NCBI GenBank assembly: GCA_012295275.1
Contig: CM022667.1
Location: 6,076,001 to 6,140,000, forward strand
DNA length: 64,000 nt
Reading direction: 5' to 3'
Origin: Chrysomallon squamiferum
Lineage: Eukaryota; Animalia; Mollusca
A program made the translations under genes and the position numbers. The notes under the pieces are model-generated. The model had not been told where the DNA came from, ran no database searches, and saw only the letters and a program-made list of their open reading frames with translations. Shown here piece by piece: positions 55,400 through 64,000 of the stretch (position 1 is the first letter of the stretch; every line of letters begins with the position of its first letter).

Positions 55400-57720
55400 T
55401 TTCGAAAATGCATTATATACAAACTACTGTATTTTTGGGGGCGTTTCCACATTGCTATATATCCATATGTTATGAATGACTAACTTCCAGGGTCACTTTT
55501 CATTGTCATAGAAAGCCTGCACTTTTTCTGTTGCACCAGTTTGACCAAGCAGATTCTCAACATCTTTTTTTCTGGCCTTATTCACAGTACTTTGGTTAAA
55601 AAGTGGATTCAGATTGAAGTCTGCCCACTTCTTTCCACGTTTTAACACGTTTTAATTATCCCCACCGTACGCAGTTTTCAAGTCTACTTGATCGTTTTTC
55701 AATTCCAGCATTTGTGCTTCAGTCAACTTGAAGGTTTTCTGTTGATTCACAAATACTTTTGAAGCAGACTTAAATGAAGTATCTCCCTGTCTTTGCCTTA
55801 AACATAAACATTTCTATAGATCCTTAGAATGGAGTAGTATTCCTATGTCATCAGAATAAGATCGCATTTCCTAATGCTCTGCTCCATTCTAACAAAAACA
55901 CGGTCTGCAAAGAGAAAAATGTGCCCCCTGATTGGGAAAATGCATTCAACACCGAGGTCGGGGAAGGCATTTTTCAGCAGTGCAAATATCATGAGAGAAC
56001 ATTCATATATTTATTCTGCCTAAAACATCAATTTCTAAACATCTGAAGTCTGCCTGTTTGGCGAACAAATCCATTCTGCTGCTTGTGAAAAGAATAATCC
56101 AGAGTTAACGAAATCATGTTCCTATCTTTCTTAGTTTTGTGCTCCATCCATGTATATAGATTAATGTCATCCTTGGTCTGCCTGCTATCCTTGCCATGGT
56201 GAAAAACCACCCCAAACAAGTACTAGTAAAGCTGCCTTGAATAATAGGCTTGGCCAGTCATGGTCTTTGGTAAGACTAGGTTTTGCATCATGTCAAAGCA
56301 GACGGTGTAGGAATACTCCATCTCACTTAGCATGTCACAAAATAAATGTGCTCGTCGTCCGTGCAAAATGAAAGTGTCTGGCTTCACCCGCATCTCAGCT
56401 TCAGTAATATTTGAGTACTTCATCCTAAGTTGCTACTTCACAGAGACAGCACAGGCACCAGTGACAGGATGTCCAAACCCAAGATTGCAGAACACTGAGT
56501 GCTAGACCAGATAGCTGACATCACTATGGTTCTGACTGTTAAACATTTCATGCACTTTTTTTTGACATTGATGTCAGTTAGTGAATATTTCCGGCCTGGT
56601 GCCCCTGTACGTCCATAGTGACTGGCTCTACAGGTAAACATCTGGATATGGTCCACGACAAACTCATTCTTTTCCTCATTCTCTGCATGTCCAGGAGCAT
56701 CAACACTGGATTCTGGACGTGCAGCAGCATTCTCTGTATAATACTGAGCCTGTCGGGATACAGTGTCTTTGCTTATGCCTGGAAACAACATAAAATCATG
56801 CTACAGTTACAGAGTAAAAACAGAAACAACTCTACAATGCGGGCCAACATGTTGACACTACAAAGTTGTTTTAATGGTGTGGGTGTGTTTGGAGGATGTT
56901 GCAGCAATGTCAACAAAGAAACATTTATTTTATTTTTTTGCAAGACAAAAGTTAAATCAAATTTTATTAATGAGGACATATGCTGAACCCATTTCTGAAA
57001 AGAAAATAATGTAAACATTACGGTTTCAAAATTTAAGAATGTAGCCTACTCACCTAGAATTTCATCAAAGGTTGCACACTGGTAATTAGGTAGGGTGACT
57101 TTGTGTCAAATGTCACAGATACATTCCTGTCCTTTCTTGCATGTTCATTCTGCATACGGAGACATTGCCTTTGGACCTTGCCAATCATCATTAGACGGAG
57201 AGCTTGGTCCTATTGGAATTTGTTCGGACTTGCATAAATCTGACTGAAATTCAAGGCAATATCTGCTGATGTCAGCTGATCCGCATGACAAAACCGTGCA
57301 CTGTTTGTAGCTGTATGCATCCATGCCACAGATGGCAGTTTGCCCCCACCTGAATGGCGAAGTTTCTTTACTTTTTCTTGGGCATGATTGTCTTTTGACG
57401 GGCTACTTTTCTTCTCCACATTAGAAACTACCCCTAACTCATACGCTCCGTCGAAATTGTTCGTTGTTAATGGCTAATATGGCCCAAAATGCCATGAAAC
57501 ACCAAGCGATTTTGTTATCTCATGCATGCTGCCATGTTGAATGATGTAACGTAATGGTGGCCTATGACTGATCAAGAGGATCACGTATCGCAGTTTATAA
57601 GAAACTATGCATGGCACTTACGACGTTATGAAACTTAATCTTTAGTCTACTGTGTAGACAGTGGTAGATTTCGACTTTTGGGGAAAATGATTATGGGACC
57701 CCGAACAACTGTGAAATGCT
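55400..57720 (-). mobile_element. Degenerate DNA transposon (Sola-like DDE family; boundaries approximate)
   Basis: Fragmented ORFs carry ordered motifs HIQMFTCRASHYGR, FDMMQNLVLPK..AYYSRQLY, YTWME, xQNK and FPIRGHIFLFADRVF, typical of this transposase group. Confidence 0.65.
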
Positions 57721-57902
57721 GAACTTTTGGTGGTGGCTTTTATTTATTTATTTATTTATTTTAATCGCGTTTGGAACTAAAGTCTTCAGATGTTTTATTA
57801 AGATTTATTATTTTGTTGGGTTTTTTTGTTAATATTTATAAGTCATATAAAATCCATCGTAAAGAGATAAAGCAAACATATAATTCAGAATGAAATGACT
57901 AA

Positions 57903-57949
<47 letters not shown>

Positions 57950-57971
57950 AAAACTAAATAAAAGACTAAAA

Positions 57972-58026
<55 letters not shown>

Positions 58027-58151
58027 ACAAAGTTTAAAATAAAAAGCAAAAAAAAAACAAAAAAACGATTCCAATTAGTAATGTCCAAATCCTGAGAACT
58101 GAAAACAGCAAAAGACACATCAAATCATATCCCAAGTAATGTGCCATTTCA

Positions 58152-58197
<46 letters not shown>

Positions 58198-59997
58198 TGA
58201 AATGTTTACTGGATATTCATATGATTTTTGGTAAATGTTTTTTTGCACAGCCCTTACAAGTTACGATTTGGCATTCTTGCATTTTAGGCATACCACGTCT
58301 TAGGGTTGTTTTACTCAATATCTTTCTACAATGTTTTGTTTTACTGTTAGAGCAAATATACATTGACAATATAAAACTGTCTATCCTACTTTCACTTGTC
58401 AAATTCAGCCAAATTGTACTTTCATCAGTGACACAGGAAGTCATGCTATTGAGATAAACAGTGCAAGTACAGAAGTCAGTGAGCAGTACTAATCTATTTT
58501 GGGAAAAGTATATAACTTTTTACTTTTTGAAGTTGGTTTATAAGATTAAACAGAAAAATAAAATGTAATGTAATAAAAACAGTTTGTTTCACTTTGTATC
58601 CAGATCAAGTGGATGATCTCCAGACCTAGTACATAGTTCATCCAGTTTTCTACTTCAAAATATTTACATCTATACAAAATGAATTACCTATAAATTTACC
58701 TTAGCCAGACTTTTAATTCCATGCAGTGAACTTGTCATCTTGCAAATTTCATAAAGTTACCTTGCTATTTAAGGAACTTTAATCACAGTGTTTTTCTTTA
58801 ATAAAGTTTGAAACAATATGTAAAAATTACACTAATGTTCATAATATAAAACTACCCTTACTCTGTTATTGATAAAGTTGTCATTAATAATGTAGTTTCA
58901 TTTTATTATTTACATGTTCTTTCCCTGATGAAGAAACAATTTTAATTTCAGGATTTTTATTTATTTATAATGATTATATTTATATTATTATTATTATTGT
59001 TGATATTATTATTATTATTGTTGTTGTTGTTTTTATAAAATTTTTCCAATACCCTCTAGCAAGAAAAAAAAAAAAAAAAAAAAACGAAGTAAAAAAAGAG
59101 TAGAAAATATTGATTAAAATTGTACCTACGGTGAGGGAGATCTAACTGAAATGCAAACACTTGAGTTTGTGTGTATGTTTTATTATCGGATATACGTTCG
59201 CACAAGCAATAATCGGGGCAAAACATTCGGTATCTTAATAAGTATAACCTTTTTGTCTCAGTTCTGACAGTAACCTAGAAACTGGAACAAATTTAACGTA
59301 CTAATCAGAGCGAACTGTGGTGAAGTAAGTTTACGACAGGCACGCTTTCTGATAAGCCAGAGGGCGTCTCTGTCGCAGAACTGTGACCTAAACTGCAAGA
59401 TTACCTAATTATAATAGCATGGACAGACAAGAACGATCATTCGTAACGGCATAAATTAAGTCGCGGAACAAAGCCTTCAGAAATTTCGCTGATTTAATGG
59501 TTACAAACAACACCTGAATGTTCTTTTCCTCTGTATTTTGACAGGGGCAAAATTGAAAACTACAAACGTTAATACACCAATATTTTACCGAATTATAATT
59601 TCAGTTTATTATGCATGCATTTGCACAAAAACAATCAGTTTAAAAGGTCTGATTAAGTTGTAAACGTAGTTACGAAAGGCCCGCGACATCATGGTTTGGT
59701 AATATGAATAACCATCGTTATCTTTATCAGTTTAAATAATAAAAAATTCAGAAAACATATGTGAGACAATTGAATTTGGAAGTTTGCAAAAATCCGTAAG
59801 ATCACGGAAAAATCCGATCGAAATCAAAGACGACAGCGTCGAACGCCGATTAGTGTTTGGAAACTTTTTAATACGTATGTCTTCATAATGCAATCAATTC
59901 TGCATGGATTATTAATAGTAATTTGAGGAAATATGTCATTTAATCAATCTCGCCAGTACATAGATGTCTATTATTGAGTAGAAATTGCTCAAAGGTC

Positions 59998-60028
<31 letters not shown>

Positions 60029-60184
60029 CAGGTAACTTTGACGTCATACCATCTCGCACACGTTTTGTACTCTGTACTTTTTTTTAGATATTATTACGAC
60101 GTCGGCAGGCAAAATATAAAAAAATCAATAATAAAATAAAATAAACAGTTTTCACAGACACTGGCGCGTGAATATGAAGATAAC

Positions 60185-60384
60185 NNNNNNNNNNNNNNNN
60201 NNNNNNNNNNNNNNNNNNNNNNNNNNNNNNNNNNNNNNNNNNNNNNNNNNNNNNNNNNNNNNNNNNNNNNNNNNNNNNNNNNNNNNNNNNNNNNNNNNNN
60301 NNNNNNNNNNNNNNNNNNNNNNNNNNNNNNNNNNNNNNNNNNNNNNNNNNNNNNNNNNNNNNNNNNNNNNNNNNNNNNNNNNNN
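60185..60384. other. Assembly gap (200 N)
   Basis: Run of n. Confidence 1.
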
Positions 60385-61686
60385 ACAGCGCACAAGCAAT
60401 GAAGGACAGGCTTATGTTGTTGTTATATGCCAATGCAAATGGTGACTGCAAGTTGGTCTACCACTCAGAAAATCCTTGCGTCTTTAAGTAAAGTAATGTC
60501 GGAAAAACAAAGTCTGTAATGTGGAGAGCTAATGAGAAGGCACAGGTGATGAATGGCTGACTAAAGTGTTTGTCTGAAATGTGAAGAGGTATTTGGAGGA
60601 AAACAGTCTTCCCCTTTTATCTCGCTTGATTTTGGATAATGCTCCTGCACATACCCCAGATTTAGAGGAGGACATGGACATTGAGTATAACTTAATTAAG
60701 GTCATGCCTCCCAACACGATTACTGTGCTTCAACCCATAGACCAACAAGTGATCTCAAACTTGAAGAAACAAAGGCTGTCTTTTCGAGGTGTTTTCAGAT
60801 CACAATTGATACTGATTTCACCCTCAGAGATTTTTCCATTGCATCAACATCATAGACAAGGCCTGGAACAACGTCTCTACCTGAACTTTAAACTCTGACT
60901 GGAGAAAACTTTGGCCGGGGTGTGTACCAAAAAAACGCTTAGAGGTATTCGAGGTTGACATGACAGTTAGATTAGTGGATGAGATTGTGTCCTGGGAAGG
61001 TGATGGCGACGACATAGAGCAGCTTATTGAAGATTACAGCAAAGAGCTTGTAAATCTCCGGAGGTAACAACTCAAGGCATTAAAGCGTCAGCGATTGCCT
61101 GATGATACACAGGGAAGGACTGAGGTTTCTACTGCTAGAATAAAAGAAATTTGCAGTAAATGGGCTGATACTGAAGATTTTATTGTGAACCATCACCCAA
61201 ACAAACTTGTGACAAACAGGGCAGTGACTTTGATGAACGAGAACACGATGGAAACATACTCAGACAAAGAAAGAAACAAATTTCTCTTGATCGTTTCTTT
61301 ATGCAGAAAGATAGTGAAAACAAATTGCTGAAGATGCATTCTTCAGTGTTACTATGGAAGGAGATGCACTTTCCAAACAATATCTTCCTCGTCTTCACCA
61401 CTACCATCCATTTGTCGCACTGACTCTACGCCACATTTCAAGATGTAATAAAATACGTGTACTGTAATCTCAGGATTTAATTTAATGTTTTTTCTATATA
61501 TATGGTATTTTAAAGAAATTCTGTGTTTATTCCTTGGAAAAAGAACTGAAAACAATTTAATTAAAACTATTCTGAGGCTTGAATGGATTGTTTACATTTA
61601 CATTATTTCAACATTTCAGTTTACTACAATTAGGTTTATGAACCGAATTCTGGAACAATTTAAGTTCGTAACCCAAGGTTCCACTG
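60385..61686 (+). mobile_element. Tigger/pogo (TIGD1-like) DNA transposon, defective, with right TIR and TA target site
   Basis: KDRLMLLLYANANGD..LVYHSENP, LILDNAPAH, PPNTITVLQPIDQQVISNLK (DDE_1). The element ends ...cgtaacccaaggttccactg|TA. Confidence 0.9.
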
Positions 61687-62071
61687 TAAAATCATATTTT
61701 ACTGTTTTACACCTTGCTGTTACTTGTGGATAAGCTCTTTTCTTCAGACCTCACAAATGCCTGTTAAAACAGATTCCATTCTTCTAGCAGAAGTAACTGA
61801 AAAAGAATTTTAGAATATTTATTTCTAAGTTTCTTTGCTAGGACTGACAAAGTAACACATATATTTATTACTGATTTGTAGATTTCTAATCAAATAAAAC
61901 TAGAACTTTGATTTTGCCTTCACCAACATAATTGTTAAAAGACTATATTTTGAAAAAGTTCTTTGCCACTGGAAACAAAATATTTCCACTACTTTTACAC
62001 TTTATTATTATTATTTTTTTTTTTTAGATTTTTTTTGTTCTTTAATGCAAATTCCTCCTTTTTACATTCAG

Positions 62072-62332
62072 ATGGTCCAGACAGTGTCAGACTGAGTCCA
62101 TCATCACCTGGTACAGTTGTAGAAGGTCACGCACTGACAGTTACCTGTACTTCTGACTGTAATCCTACATGTTCCTATACCTGGTCACTCAACAATAAAA
62201 TACTTTCTACAACTTCTCAGTTAACTCTGACACACATCAGTAGACAACAGACAGGTGAAATATATAAATGTACAGCAAACAACCCAACTACATCAGTGGA
62301 AAAATCTGAACAGTTTGAACTGTATGTTTACT
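62072..62332 (+). CDS. Gene E (inverted type-1 copy): Ig2 exon, intact
   Basis: 261 nt, cag/gtaagt. Reads GPDSVRLSPSSPG...CTSDCNPTC. Confidence 0.8.
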
Positions 62333-62553
62333 GTAAGTATAAATAAAACATTCTTAATTAATTAAATCTGTCTGTCTGTCTGTATATACACACATATATT
62401 GTATGCATATTAATAGAAATTTATGTTGAACATTAACTGCATATATTATCCAATTTTCATAAATACATTCAGTTTATATTAATATATGTCAAAAAGAAAA
62501 AACAACAAATAAATACATAATATACCTTGTTACTTCTTAATAAACACCATCCA

Positions 62554-62641
62554 AAGTCACAGGCTGGTGTCTACACGTGTACAGCTGTCAACACAAACTC
62601 AAACAAATCAAATTACACAACAGTTACACTGGATGTCCTGT
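62554..62641 (+). pseudogene. Gene E: 5'-truncated Ig3 exon
   Basis: Only KSQAGVYTCTAVNTNSNKSNYTTVTLDVL plus the gtgagt donor remain. Confidence 0.85.
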
Positions 62642-62987
62642 GTGAGTTGGATTTATCAATAACATAATTTAATTTCATTCTTTAATAATACTGAATCTAT
62701 TAGGATGACAAAAGGTTAACTGTACCATTATAATCTTGTTTATATAAAAGAAATTTTAAGACAAATTCTGTTAAAATCTATGACAGTTATGTATTCAGTT
62801 AAATTTGATTGATTTTATCATTGCAAATATTGCATTAGAAGTTAGATTTTCTACCAACCCATGAAGGAGATTTAAAATTAATTGTTTAATTATTTCTTAG
62901 TCATTAGAAATTTACCTAACAGCTAAATGACTAATTCCAGTGACAGTTGTTTTATTTTTTAAAAACAAATCATTATTTATTTATTTA

Positions 62988-63045
<58 letters not shown>

Positions 63046-63137
63046 GGATTCATTCCTTATATATATTTTAATTTTCAAATTTTTTTTAATCCATCTCTCT
63101 GCAATATATGTTTCTATGAATTTAACTTGTATTACAG

Positions 63138-63397
63138 ATCAGACTTCAATAAACCTCTTTGACACTGAACTCAAAGACTGCAAAGTTAACAGTTGATGAG
63201 ATGTGAAGTTGACAGTAATCCAGCATCTCACATCAAACTGTTAAACAACTCACACATTCTACGTGAAGTGAAAAACTCCAAGTCAGTGGAGTACAGCTGG
63301 AATGAAGCTGGATGTCTGGATACAGGATTTTACACTTGTGAAGCAGGAAACAACATCAAGTCTGATGTCAGTCAAAGTGTGCAGCTTAATGTTACAT
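63138..63397 (+). pseudogene. Gene E: frameshifted Ig4 exon
   Basis: 260 nt versus 279, from a +1 insertion and a 20-nt deletion between TGA microhomologies. The downstream intron matches 1500-2050 in inverted orientation. Confidence 0.85.
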
Positions 63398-63616
63398 GTA
63401 AGTAATGTTGAACAATTATTTCTACTAGTAACAATAATAATATTGAAAGATATCACTTAAAATATGGGTCATTCTATGTCACATCAAGTTTTACCCCATT
63501 GAAATCTGAGGTGAAATGTTACATTATTTCTTGCATTGGATCATTAAGAATGGGTTGCAGCCCACTTCTTTCTCAGTATCCCATGGATAGAATTGAATAA
63601 ACATGGCATCTTCAAA

Positions 63617-63692
<76 letters not shown>

Positions 63693-64000
63693 GGTGTGTT
63701 AAAAGTTGATATTCTCAGCATTTTGTAATTGACTTTAATTTGAAATTGCAGTCATTTTAGCTACAACATTAAAAAGAAATCCAAAATAAAAAAGTGTTAT
63801 TCGTTTATTTATTTGTTTAGATTTTTTAATTGCAAACCAAAACAAATTATAAGTGTTTTGCTTTATGAATTTTTATTTTCTTATAATTCATAAAGAAATA
63901 ATAAGAAAGTAGCCTCCACATTTTATTTTTGTAATAAAATCAGCTCCAGTGTAACTAATAAAAGATTAAAATGAAAATACTTTGTTATTTTGAAATCATC

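Noticed and set aside
58699-58750. Candidate leader exon for the orphan V exon
   Set aside because: A donor is present, but no hydrophobic phase-1 reading frame.

Overview
AT-rich, microsatellite-laden animal DNA (probably a mollusc or other lophotrochozoan; inferred from domain style) with two 200-N scaffold gaps. The window is a tandem cluster of intron-containing immunoglobulin-superfamily receptor genes that I reconstructed exon by exon from GT-AG sites. There are four minus-strand loci: A (5842 to <183, 3' end off-window), B (22917-9133, spans a gap and carries frameshifts), C (35373-25370, complete and intact) and D (47598-38714, plus a detached V exon at 54.3 kb). An inverted plus-strand pseudogene, E, lies at 62072-63397+. 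Two architectures alternate. Type 1 (A, C, E) is signal-V-Ig-Ig-Ig-Ig-FN3-TM-tail. Type 2 (B, D) is signal-V-Ig-Ig-Ig-Ig-TM-tail with no FN3. All extracellular exons are phase 1-1. The cytoplasmic tail is not visible in the ORF track. It carries an ITAM (YSSL-x7-YSVL) with an embedded SxYxxL ITIM-type site, an upstream YDDL and a terminal YEN. N-terminal V domains are strongly diverged, while membrane-proximal Ig exons are homogenised across copies. A 34-nt tail exon may act as a frame switch, tandem acceptor repeats may create 24-nt micro-exons, and gene D has its leader exon downstream of its V exon. An ~11.5 kb block is duplicated at ~29.6 kb offset and could be a haplotig. Tigger/pogo, Sola-like and R4/Dong-like transposon relics occupy 48-62 kb.
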